Source: Eledone cirrhosa (Eukaryota). From it: DNA of 64,000 nt. Positions 33,535-46,104 of the stretch are shown piece after piece. Under the pieces are notes generated by a model. That model searched no databases. It saw nothing but the letters and a program-made list of their open reading frames with translations, and was not told where the DNA came from. The stretch's first letter is position 1. The number at the start of each line of letters is the position of its first letter. Location of the stretch: NCBI GenBank assembly GCA_964016885.1, contig OZ024751.1, positions 13,578,001-13,642,000 on the forward strand. The letters are read 5' to 3'. Position numbers and translations under genes: made by a program.

Positions 33535-34101
33535 TGAGAGTGAGAGTGTGTGTGTGAGAGTGTGTGTGTGAGAGTGTGTGTGTGTGTGAGAGTGTGTGTG
33601 TGTGAGAGTGTGTGTGTGTGTGAGAGTGTGTGTGTGTGAGAGTGTGTATGTGTGAGAGTGTATGTGTGAGAGTGTGTATGTGTGAGAGTGTATGTGTGAG
33701 AGTGTATGTGTGAGTATGTGTGAGAGTGTGTGAGTGAGTATGTGTGAGAGTGTGTGAGTGAGTGTGTGTGTTGGGTGAGTGTGTGTGTGTTGGGTGAGTG
33801 TGTGTGTTGGGTGAGTGTGTGTGTTGGGTGAGTGTGTGTGTGTTGGGTGAGTGTGTGTGTGTTGGGTGAGTGTGTGTGTGTTGGGTGAGTGTGTGTGTGT
33901 TGGGTGAGTGTGTGTGTGTTGGGTGAGTGTGTGTGTGTTGGGTGAGTGTGTGTGTGTTGGGTGAGTGTGTGTGTTGGGTGAGTGTGTGTGTGTTGGGTGA
34001 GTGTGTGTGTGTTGGGTGAGTGTGTGTGTGTTGGGTGAGTGTGTGTGTTGGGTAGTGTGTGTGTTGGGTGAGTGTGTGTGTTGGGTGAGTGTGTGTGTTG
34101 G

Positions 34102-34139
<38 letters not shown>

Positions 34140-34560
34140 GCGTGGAGTGAAAGATGAGAACTGTTATAGATATATAGAAAGTCGAAAGGGGTGGATAGAT
34201 ACGGAGATTGTTAGATTAGACAAATGGTAAATAGTGGGTGGGTATGTAGTTGTGTGTATGGGGGAGGGTGTGTGTGTGGGTATGTAGTTGTGGGGGGTAT
34301 GTAGTTGTGGGGGGTATGTAGTTGTGTAGGGGGGGGGGTATGTAGTTGTGTGTATGGGAGGGTTGGTGGGTGGGTATGTAGCTGGTTAGATGGGTCGATT
34401 GAAGATTGGGTGAAGAGAGAGAGAGGAAGAAAGAGAGAGAGGAAGAGAGAGAGAGAGAGAGAGGAAGAGAGAGAGAGAGGAAGAGAGAGAGAGAGAGAGA
34501 GGAAGAGAGAGAGAGAGAGAGGAAGAGAGAGAGAGAGAGAGAGGAAGAGAGAGAGAGATA
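33535..34560. repeat. (GT)n-GAGT, TTGGGTGA(GT)n and (GA)n arrays
   Basis: Seen directly. Confidence 0.9.
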
Positions 34561-35061
34561 TAACCAAAGAGAGAAGAGAAGTGAGACAGACAGACAGAGA
34601 TGGAAAGCTGGAGAGTGAATATATAGACGTAGAGAAGGAAAAGGCAAAGAAAGGAAGGAGAGAAAGCCAAGGTCACAGAGAAGTTGGGTGTGTAGGGTGA
34701 CATTTGACATGACCTCTAGTTTGACCTTTGACCTACACACCATCCCACCAACACTGACACACTCACCACACCTCCGACCTTCGATGTTTGACAGTGTTTA
34801 TTATGTCAGATGACATCACAGAAAGCTAACCATTGGTCAGGCAGACAGTATGATCTTCATAGAGGTGTGGTGTGGTGAGGTGCGGTGTGATGTGGTGAGG
34901 TGCGGTGTGGTGTGGTGAGGTGCGGTGTGGTGCGGTGCGGTGTGGTGTGGTGCGGTGCGGTTTAGTGAGGTGTGGTGTGGTGGTTTGGTGTTGTGTAATA
35001 AGGTCATAGAAATGTCGGAAGGGTGTGTCATGGATGGAACAGTATGTGTTTTATTATTATA

Positions 35062-36350
35062 AAGGGCGGTGGATTGGCAGTATCGGTAGAGGGTCGGACG
35101 CCATGCTTTGACGCATAGAGTTATGGCCCTTGCCATTCTGAGTTCAAATCCTGCCGAGGTTAAATTTGCCTTTCATCCTTACGAGGTCGATAAAATAAAG
35201 TACCAGTAATGTACTGAGTAAGTGCTGACGTTCCGACAAAAGTAGAAACAATTATTATTATTGGGGCGGTGAGAGAAATGTAATGGCAGTATCAGTAGAG
35301 CGTTGGACAACATGCTTTGCGGCATAGAGTTATGGTCTATTACGTTCTGAGTTCAAATCCCGGCGAGGTTAGCTTTGCCTTTCATCCTTATGGGTCGATA
35401 AAATAAAGTACCAGTCACGCACTGGGGTTGATTTAATCGACTTTCCCCTCCCCCAAAATTACTTGCCATGTCAGAAATAATTGTTTCTACGTTAGGCACA
35501 AGGCCAGCAATTACCCCGTGTATTACTGGTACTTTATTTTATCGACCCCGTAAGGATGAAAGGCAAAGTTAACCTCGGCGGGATTTGAACTCAGAATGGC
35601 AAGGGCCGTAACTTTATGCGCCAAAGCATGGCATCCGACACTCTACCAATACTGCCAATCCACGTCAGAAATAATAATTATTAAAAATACCAGGCAAGTA
35701 CTGGGGTCACTTTAATTGACTTTCCCTCCTCCAAATATTGCTGGCCTTGTGCCCAATTTAGAAATAATAATGTCCCCTCCCCTCAGAATTACTGACCTTG
35801 TACCCAGGCTAGAAATAATTTCCCCTTCCCTCAGAATTGCTGACCTTGTGCCTGTGTTAGAAATAATTGTTTCTACTTTTGGCACAAGGCCAGAAATTAC
35901 TCAGTGCATTACTGGTACTTTATTTTATCGACCCTGTAAGGATGAAAGACAAAGTTAACCTCGACGGGATTTGAACTCAGATCATAAAGGGTCGTAACTC
36001 TATGCTACAAAGCATGGTGTCCGACTCTCTAACTATACTGCCAATAATGGTTTCTCATATAGGCACACGGCCAGCAATTTTGGGGGATGGGAAAGTCGAT
36101 TAAATCGACCCCAGTGCGTGACTGGTACTTTATTTTATCGACCCCGTAAGGATGAAAAGCAAAGTTAACCTCGGCGGGATTTGAACTCAGATCATAAAGG
36201 GCCGTAACTCTATGATGCAAAGCATGGTGTCCGACCCTCTACCGATACTGCCAATAATAATTTCCCCTCTCAGAATTGCTGACCTTGTACCCAAGTTAGA
36301 AATAATTTCCCCTCCCCTCAGAATTGCTGGCCTTGTGCCTATGTTAGAAA
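35062..36350. mobile_element. Cluster of 5 SINE family A copies plus tandem SINE-tail repeats
   Basis: Plus: 35062-35255, 35263-35470. Minus: 35477-35662, 35864-36045, 36046-36255. Tail units at 35720-35870 and 36255-36350. Confidence 0.9.
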
Positions 36351-36850
36351 TCCGACATTCTAATGACTGCCAATTCGCAGCCCAAATAATCTATTAGGAT
36401 GGTCATAATACTCAAACTTGTCGATTCATCAATGAGAACATAAATTTTACCAATTATCTGCTTGATATGATAGCAAATTTTCCTTTTCATATTAATGGCC
36501 ATGTGATTAATTATCTGTGTGGCGCTAGCGCGGGAAATGTTGTCCAATTCCACTGCTAATACCATATAATACCATATTTCTTTTGATGTTCCCGTTGAGG
36601 CAAAGTGATCAATGTATGGTTTGTCATTCTCAGCTAAATATTATGCAGAACAAAAATTGAACAACTTGTTTTTAGATGTAAGACATTGATGGTGTCACAT
36701 AATTTTTCAGGAGTATCTTCATTAGCTCTATTTTTAGCATTTAAAACAGTTGTGAGGCTTTTGCATAGCTTGAAATCAACCTATGTCTGTGGTGTTGTTT
36801 TTCTGAAAGACTAAATTGTTTAATGTGGTCTTTATCTAAGATGAATGTGT
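36350..36850 (-). pseudogene. Degraded hAT transposase fragment (KIAA1586/ZNF862-like)
   Basis: SRASATQIINHMAINMKRKI..IIGKIYVLIDESTSLS..ILIDY resembles the first catalytic DEST motif region of hAT transposases. Stops lie upstream. Confidence 0.7.
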
Positions 36851-36879
36851 GTGCGGTGCGGTAAATAAATACGTACGTA

Positions 36880-37545
36880 CATATACACAAGGTCCAAACA
36901 CAAAGGAACCAAACTCCCACTCTCACTGCATTCCTCTCTCCCCCATCTCTCATATACACCAGGTCAAAACACAAAGGAACCAAACTCTCACTCTCACTGC
37001 CTTCCTCTCTCCCCCATCTCTCATATACACCAGATCCGAACACAAAGGAACCAAACTCCCACTCTCACTGCCTTCCCCTCTCCCCCATCTCTCATATACA
37101 CAAGGTCCAAACACAAAGGAACCAGACTCCCACTCTCACTGCCTTCGTCTCTCCCCCATCTCTCATATACACCAGATCCAAACTCCCACTCACTGCCTTC
37201 GTCTCTCCCCCATCTCTCATATACACCAGGTTCAAACACAAAGGAACCAAACTCCCACTCTCACTGCCTTCCTCTCTCCCCCATCTCTCATATACACCAG
37301 GTTCAAACACAAAGGAACCAAACTCCCACTCTCACTGCCTTCCTCTCTCCCCCATCTCTCATATACACCAGGTCCGAACACAAAGGAACCAAACTCCCAC
37401 TCACTGCCTTCCTCTCTCCCCCATCTCTCATATACACCAGATCCGAACACAAAGGAACCAAACTCCCACTATCACTGCCTTCCTCTCCTCCCCCCATCTC
37501 ATATACACCAGGTCCAAACACTAAGGAATCAAACTTCCACTCTCA
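36880..37545. repeat. About 71-bp minisatellite x about 9
   Basis: Unit catatacaccaggtccaaacacaaaggaaccaaactcccactctcactgccttcctctctcccccatctct. Confidence 0.92.
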
Positions 37546-38019
37546 CCGCCTCCTTCTCTACCGCCCCCCCCCCCCCACTCTCACTATTATGAGTCAATAG
37601 GGACCCACGCGTTGACCGCCACGGCATTTTCTCGGAGGATGGAGAGGGAGGCGCGCTGCAAGAGCGATTCCGTGCTAAGGTGGTAGTTGGTATATTTGCC
37701 ATTCATTTATTCAACAGCATCGAATTGTTAGAAGTAAAGGGACATACCTCGATGCACCAGTTACCAGCAGTATAGAGAAATAGACAGACAGACAGACAGA
37801 CACGCGCGCTCGCACTTTATACTCGAATTTATCTTCATTGAAATCAAATTATGCATAGGTTTCTTCCCTATTTCCCCCCCAAAAAAAACGAAAGAGACAG
37901 AGAGACAGACATGACAGAAAAACAGCAACACCTTTGACAGAATATGACTGATTGTTGGTATGAATCTCCCCCGTCCACAAGTATTTTGTGTCACATTTGT
38001 ATTCCATGAATACTAAATA

Positions 38020-38197
38020 AATGTTTCTACTTTAGGCACTAGGCCAGCAATTACACCAGTGCATTACTGGTACTTTATTTTATAGACCCTGTAAGGATGA
38101 AAGGCAAAGTCAACCTCGGCGGGATTTGAACTCAGATCGTAAAGGGACGTAACTATGCTGGAAAGCATGGCGTCCGACCCTCTACTGATACTGCCAA
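38020..38197 (-). mobile_element. SINE family A
   Basis: Matches consensus. Confidence 0.9.
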
Positions 38198-38680
38198 TAA
38201 AACAGTTTTTCTTATTTTTTTGACAGAACGTAGTGTTCGTGTGACAGTCGCATAGAAAAGGCATACAGTTAATATAATAGATTAACACAAACTTAACTAG
38301 AGCAAAAAATTACCTCCCTTGATTAAAGAGACATAACAGAATGTACTTTCTAAGTTCTGAACTTCTAACCTTTGTACTCAATTATCTGCCCCTTTGACCT
38401 TGTAGCAATTGTTCCTCTTTAAATATGTAATAATGGAGATTTTGAAATAGGTGTCTTGAAGAAATCAAACATGATTTACAACTTTCCTTAGAATTATATA
38501 GAATCATATACACTTTCTCAGAATAGTACAGACTTTCTTTAGACTATTTATCGATATATATTTTTTTTATGCGTGTGTGTGTGTGGGGGGGGGGGTATTT
38601 GTGTATGTGTGTATACATATTGCATATATTATATATATATATATATACTTATTTATATATTGTTTGTGTATATATTATAA

Positions 38681-38731
<51 letters not shown>

Positions 38732-38909
38732 ATATATATATAATATATGTTCTTTATTCTATGATTTACCATTTCCATATCTCAACAGAAGACGTATATC
38801 TTAATTCTTTAAACTGTTTACTGGAAACGGTGAATAATCATCTTTGAAAGAATCACTGGGGTAAATGTCAGTTGACCTTTTTCTCAAAGACTGTCTGTGA
38901 TTGGTTCAC

Positions 38910-38968
38910 TGTGTGTGTGTGTGTGTGTGTGCGTGTGCGTGTGCGTGCGTGTGCGTGCGTGTGCGTGC

Positions 38969-39004
<36 letters not shown>

Positions 39005-39857
39005 ACCAGTGTGTCAGTCTGTGTGTGTGTGTGCGTGCCAGTGTGTCAGTCTGTGTGTGTGTGTGCGTGCCAGTGTGTCAGTCTGTGTGTGTGTGTGCGT
39101 GTCTGTGCCAGTGTGTCTGTGTGCGTATATGTGTGCGTGTGTCTGTGTGTCTGTGTGCGTGTGTCTGTGTGCGTGTGTCTGTGTGCGTGTGTCTGTGTGC
39201 GTGTGTCTGTGTGCGTGTGTCTGTGTGCGTGTGTCTGTGTGCGTGTGTCTGTGTGCGTGTGTCTGTGTGCGTGTGTCTGTGCCAGTGTCTATATGCCAGT
39301 GTCTATGTGCCAGTGTGTGTGTGCCAGTGTGTGTGTGCCAGTGTGTGTGTGCGTGTGTCTGTGTGCGTGTGTCTGTGTGCGTGTGTCTGTGTGCGTGTGT
39401 CTGTGTGCGTGTGTCTGTGTGCGTGTGTCTGTGTGCGTGTGTCTGTGTGCGTGTGTCTGTGTGCGTGTGTCTGTGTGCGTGTGTCTGTGTGCGTGTGTCT
39501 GTGTGCGTGTGTCTGTGTGCGTGTGTCTGTGTGCGTGTGTCTGTGTGCGTGTGTCTGTGTCTGTGTGCGTGTGTCTGTGTGCGCGCGCCTGTGTGCGTGC
39601 CTGTGTGCGTGTGCCTCTGTGCGTGTGTGTGCGTGTATTCTGATATGTTTTGTGCTTTGTGTGTTTATAATGTGTATGTTGGTGGGTATGTGTATGTCAG
39701 TGTGTGTGTGTTAATAATGTATGCTGGTGTGTGATTATGTGTATGCTGGTGGGTGTGTATGTTGTGTGTATGCTGGTATATATGTGAGTGTGTGGTGTGT
39801 TTATGTATATGCTGGTGTGTGTGTGTGTATATATATGTATGTATGTGAGTGTGTATG

Positions 39858-39890
<33 letters not shown>
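38910..39890. repeat. (GTGTGC/GTGTCT)n array
   Basis: Seen directly. Confidence 0.9.
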
Positions 39891-39894
<4 letters not shown>

Positions 39895-40615
39895 CTTCCT
39901 TCCTTCCTTTCAATTCTACATCTTCCTGTAATACTAGAGATTTGTTTACACCTCTTACTTTTTTTAATCTGTTTAAATTCAAATTCATGCAGCACAGCTA
40001 TTGAAATGAGATGGAGACACACACACATACATACATGATATATATATATATATATATATATATATCATGTATGTGTATGTGTGTGTGTGCGTGTGTGTAA
40101 TAAATGTATGTATATGCACACACATATATATATAAATATATATATATATATATGTGCGTGTGTGTATATGCGTATATATATAAATATATATATATGTGTG
40201 TGTGTGTAATAAGTGTATATATAGGTATGTATATATATGCATATATGTATATAAGTGTGTGTGGAAGTCTGTCTATATACACACACGAACAAAAATATAT
40301 AAAATAAATAACAGTCCTTACAAAAAGAACAAAGCAACCAATAAAAAGAAATAAAACCTTAACCAATTCTAGAAAGGGAAAGTAAAAGACAACAATAACA
40401 ACAACAAATAAAACAAATGAGAAATTTAGAAAATAAATTAATAAATTATTATAAAAGAAAGATGTATAAAAACAAGAAAATATATATCAACAAAACTATG
40501 GCATCAACTTGTGTTGGAATAAACATAACGTTTTGACCTCTTCTGTGTAAAGAACTTATAGGGAAATTCATAAGCAGCTCTTTAACTTTTTTGCGACAGT
40601 ATTTCTAATGAAATA

Positions 40616-41601
40616 CAGTGGTACCTTGACTTACGAGTTTAATTCGCTATTTACGCTGATTTGCTGCAGCAGACCCCAGGTATTTCGACATACGAGTAAT
40701 TTGAGTTACGAACTCTCTTTTTCCTGCATCTTCCTGTTAATAATGTGTTCGTTCATCATACTACAGTGAAGACTACTACAGAATTTTAGAAATCTACGTT
40801 ACTTGATCCAGGCAGTCTACTTCACATCGAACCTGTTGTATATTTTAAAAAAAATATATATATATATATATACAACAGGTTCGATATGAAGTCAAATTAT
40901 TTAGATAAAAGACGAGGAAATGTTTAGAACTGAATAAAACCTTTTGTTTTTAAATAAAAATACTAAATAGCTGAAAATTAACTAGGAATGAAAAGCTTTG
41001 TTTTTAGCCAAGAAACAACCTTAAAGAGAAAAATGAACAAAAACTAAGAGGAAAATATAATATATCATACATACAAACCTATGTTTTATACACTAAAATC
41101 ATATATAGATTATAAAATAATTGTTTCTACTTTTGGCACAAGACCAGCAATTACCCAGTGTATTACTGGTACTTTATTTTATCGACCGAAGTAGTCTGTC
41201 TGGATCAAGTAATTATGTTAACTTTCTTGGCTGGGGTTATAGCATTTATCGACTCCTCTTGTTTCAGTATGGTGCAGATCGTAGGAGTGCTACACTCGTA
41301 CTGCTTCGCCAAGTCGACTACACGCTTTTCGATAATTTCTTTCTTTAATTTAATGCACATCATCCGTTTCTTCTTCTCAGCACTGTCCTTCGCGCTCATT
41401 TTCTTCGGACCTATGGGATGCTGGGCGGATGTTACGACGTTCACTTTAACGGTCGCTACGCCAACTAGCGGATGGATATCTGAAGCTAGCTCAAAACCCG
41501 AATTTTAGCTCGCAACTCAAAGCAAAAAAAACTCGGCCGAGATACGGCTCGTATCTCGAAAAACTCGTTAGTTGGGACACTGGTAAGTCAAGGTACCACT
41601 G
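40616..41601 (-). mobile_element. Internally deleted Tigger/pogo DNA transposon
   Basis: Perfect 19-bp TIR CAGTGGTACCTTGACTTAC with TA TSDs (40614-15, 41602-03). CENP-B/psq-type HTH remnant GPKK..KKKR..IKLKKEIIEK..VVDLAKQY..STPTICTILK at 41205-41415. Nested SINE tail at 41117-41187. Confidence 0.9.
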
Positions 41602-42077
41602 TACTCTGTATTTCATGTAATTAACGAAGAATTCCGAGAGATTTATTCAGTATGTTGGCGACGAATTGACAGAGTTGTTAGAACGGCAGATAGAATGCTT
41701 TGTGATATTCGTTCTGGCTCTACTCTCAGAGTTCAAATGCCGCTGAGTTCAACTTTGCTTTTCATCCTTTCAGGGTTCGACTAAAAAGAGTACCAGTCTA
41801 GTACTGGGTTCGATTCTTCCTCTCTCTCACTTCCCCCTTCTCTCTCTCTCTCTCTCTCTCTAGAAGGGTTATGCTCCAGCAGGCTTAAATTGATTATGTT
41901 GGTTGGTTTTAATTTAAATATGAACCAGTTAAAATTTGTTGTTTTGTTACATAAAACAAGAAGCAGCTTTTGGCAGATTAGCATCAAACGGGTTAATGCT
42001 GATTCTATTGACATGTATCATAAAAATCTCCAAAGTTCTGCCCGAGATCAGAGGTCAGAGGTCAGAAACTGTTGTAT

Positions 42078-42114
<37 letters not shown>

Positions 42115-42539
42115 AATATTGTGTACAGTGCTCAGGTGCACTACAACTCATCAAAAAGTGTATGTATACTACATAGGGTAATGTACAAACATCAGGAAAA
42201 TGAACAGTGCATGAATATTCAAACCGACCAAAGCCGGGCATAATTATCTACCCCGTTCTGTTCAAACTGGCTGTAACCGGTCGCTCAAACTGATGTTAAG
42301 GTATTGTTCTCAAAATAAATACTTTCAAAATCTCATAGATTTGATATTATGTGAGATAATTATGTGAGGTAAAGCCTTTACCATGAACATATAATAGTAT
42401 ATATAGAGTAATGTAAATGTTATATATAGGTCTTTGTTTTGTTTTTTTGTTTTTTCCTGAATTTTGTTTGGTTATTGTGGTCGTTGATTAGTGGGGATAT
42501 ATTTTATTTTTCTATTGCGTTCTTTATAGATAGATATTT

Positions 42540-43100
42540 TTGTGAGTGAGCGTGTGAGGGTGTGTGGGTGTGAGTGGGTGTGTGAGTGAGTGTGTGAGTG
42601 TGAGGGTGTATGTGTGTGAGTGAGGGTGTATGTGTGTGAGTGAGGGTGTATGTGTGTGAGAGTGAGGGTGTATGTATGTGTGAGAGTGAGGGTGTATGTA
42701 TGTGTGAGAGTGAGGGTGTATGTGTGTGAGTGAGGGTGTATGTGTGTGAGTGAGGGTGTATGTGTGTGAGTGAGGGTGTATGTGTGTGAGTGAGGGTGTA
42801 TGTGTGTGAGAGAGTGAGCGGGTGTGTGAGTGAGAGAGTGAGCGGGTGTGTGTGTGTGAGAGTGAGCGGGTGTGTGTGTGAGTGAGCGGGTGTGTGTGTG
42901 AGTGAGCGGGTGTGTGTGTGAGTGAGCGGGTGTGTGTGTGAGTGAGCGGGTGTGTGTGTGAGTGAGCGGGTATGTGTGTGAGTGAGCGGGTATGTGTCTG
43001 TGAGTGAAGGTGCGTGTGTGTCTGTGAGTGAGGGTGTATGTGTCTATGAGTGAGGGTGTATGTGTCTGAGTGAGGGTGTATGTATATGTGTGTGTGTGTG
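42540..43100. repeat. GTGAGTGAG(G/C)GTGT(A/G)TGT minisatellite
   Basis: Seen directly. Confidence 0.9.
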
Positions 43101-43448
43101 TTTTCCAAGTTCATGAGTTCGATTCCCACCAGCCCGTTGTGTCCTTGATCAAGACACCCTTTCACATTGCTCCAGTCAACTCATCTGGGAGAAATAGGTT
43201 GTACGTGTTATTCAAATAGCCAACCTTGTCAAACCCTGTACTGGAGTCGATATAATCGATTTCCCCGTCCCTCAAAATTCCCGACTTTCTGCCTAAATTA
43301 GAAACCCTAATAGAGTTAGAACCATTATTTTTAGAGTATCAGTTAAGTCCTGGGGTCAATTTAATTGTTTTCCTTAAAACTTTAATTTATTTTCCTTAAA
43401 ACACTGCTGGCCTAGTATAATATATTGGAAACCATTATTTTTAGGGTA

Positions 43449-43795
43449 CCTTCATCCTTACGGGGTCGATAAAATAAAGTACCAGTCATGTACTGGGTAA
43501 TTGCTGGCCTTGTGCCAAAAGTAGAAACAATTATTTTTAGGGTACCATTATTTTTAGGGATGTGGATTGGCAGTATCGGAGGGCGGTGGATTGGCAGTAT
43601 CGGAGGGCGGTGGATTGGCAGTATCGGTAGAGGGTCGGACGTCATGCGTTGACGCATAGAGTTACGGCCCTTACCATTCTGAGTTCAAATCCCGTCGAGG
43701 TTAACTTTACCTTTCATCCTTACGGGGTCGATAAAATAAAGTACCAGTAATGCACTGGGTAATTGCTGCCCTTGTGCCAAAAGTAGAAACAATTA
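43449..43795 (+). mobile_element. SINE family A fragment plus a full copy with a triplicated 24-bp head
   Basis: gtggattggcagtatcgg occurs three times at 43562-43627. Confidence 0.9.
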
Positions 43796-44869
43796 TTTTT
43801 AGGGTACCAGTTAAGTACTGGTTCAATTTAATTGTCTTTATTTTCCTTAATACATTGCTGGCCTTGTATCTAATTTGGAAACCACTATTTTTAGGATACC
43901 AGTTAAATATTGGGGTTGGTATAATCGTCTTTATTTTTCTTAAACTACTGCTGGCTTTGTTCCTGTAAACTGTAAACCACTATTTTTAGAGTACCAGTTA
44001 AAATTTGGGGGTTGATATAATCGTGTACCTAAATTAGAAACCTTTATTTAAATTAGAACCATTATTTTTCCACTGAACAATTGTAGTTTTATATAAAGCA
44101 AGTGTTGACAAGTTATGGCAATTCTCTAACAAAACATCAACTTCACGTTTGTTACAATGGTGTTATTTAGCACTATCAATAACATATTTATCGATCTCTC
44201 GTCTCTCCATAAAATATTCAGATTATTACTTCGCTATTGAAACTTGCCAGACAATTGCTGTCATCTTCTCTGTTGATTAAACAGTATTTCTACAACAAAC
44301 AGCTAGAATCTCAGATCACACTTAACTTTCTGTCTATGTAAATAATAATAACAATGATAATAATTGTTTCTACTTTTAGCACAAGGCCAGCAATTATCCC
44401 AGTGCATTACTGGTACTTTATTTTATCGACCCCGTAAGGATGAAAGGCAAAGTTAACTTCGGCGCAATGATAATAATAACAATGATAATAATAAAAAATA
44501 TATATTAATACTAGTATATTTGCAGCATCGTGACAACAGATATTTAACTTTGTTTTAATGCTTTAGTTGTGTGAATATTCAATATTTGTTTGAAAGTTTA
44601 TAAAAGATTTATGGTTTCATTGAAAGAATCTCACACAGTTTTAGTTAACAGATACTGACAGGTAATGTTCAAGTTAGTACTTAGTTAAATGTTTTACTAC
44701 CAACACTTCTAAAACTAAAAAAGTATCTGGTTGTCTCTTGCATGATACAAGTGCCTTTAACTCTTGATGGAGTCGTAGGGGCGCCGTCGTGTCTTGAACA
44801 TCCAAAACACGATAGGACACATCCTTCTCTATGCCTGACTCCAGCCTATTTCTTCGAGAGAGTGATAGA

Positions 44870-45420
44870 GAGGAAGTGAGAAAGGAGGTGAGAAAGGAGG
44901 TGAGAGAGAGCGAGAGCGGAGGTGAGAGAGAGCGGAGGTGAGATAGAGAGGAGGTGAGATAGAGAGGTGGTGAGATAGAGAGGTGGTGAGGTAGAGAGGA
45001 GGTGAGATAGAGAGGGCGTGAGATAGAGAGGGCGTGAGATAGAGAGGGCGTGAGATAGAGAGGACGTGAGATAGAGAAAACGCGAGATAGAGATGACGTT
45101 AGATAGAGAGGACGTGAGACAGAGAGGACGTGAGAGAGAGAGGACGTGAGACAGAGAGGACGTGAGAGAGAGAGAGGACGTGAGATAGAGAGGACGTGAG
45201 ATAGAGAGGACGTGAGATAGAGAGGACGTGAGATAGAGAGGACGTGAGATAGAGAGGACGTGAGACAGAGAGGACGGGAGACAGAGGACATGAGATAGAG
45301 AGGACGTGAGAGAGAGAGGACGGGAGAGAGAGAGGACGGGAGACAGAGGACATGAGATAGAGAGGACGTGAGATAGCGAGGACGTGAGATAGAGAGGACG
45401 TGAGATAGAGAGGACGTGAG
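44870..45420. repeat. 16-bp GAGATAGAGAGGACGT minisatellite
   Basis: Seen directly. Confidence 0.9.
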
Positions 45421-46104
45421 AAAAAGAGAGAAAGGAAGAAAGGAAGTAAGAAAGATATATAGAGGAAGCATTTAGTCCAGCATCGAACTGGTATTTTTTT
45501 AATGACCTCGAATGGATGAAACGCAAAGTTGACCTGGACGGGATCTGAACTTACAACACAGAACCGGAACAAATACTGCAAGGTATTCTACCTGACGTTG
45601 CAATGACCCCCAATTCCACACCTGTGGTTCTATCTTACAAATAATTTAATTTTCAAGTATTAAAACGGATCAAAGCGCCTAACCAGTATGAGGGCGATAT
45701 GGGGTTCTATTTCTCGAAGATGCCGATGGCAATTTCTTTTTCATCTTTAAAGATCTTCAGTCTATTTTATAGCATCTCTGCACAATGAGCACACTACTCT
45801 TTATATTAACTTTAGATTAATTTTATCCCCTCGCCCCTCCCAGGGAGAGCAAATCGAGCTCAGTACATGACTGGTACTTTAGTTTATCAACTCTTTAAGG
45901 ATGAAAATCAAAGTTGACCACAGCAAGATTTGAACGTAAAATGCAGGAACTAATATCACAATGACATGTTATCCGACGCTCTACCAATTCTGCCAATCCA
46001 CCTCCTCCCTCTCTACTCATTAACCCCCTCCATCTCTCCCTCCCTCAGTTATTTTACCAAATCTCTTCACGTTCTTTATTAATAGAATTATATATGAAGT
46101 GTGA

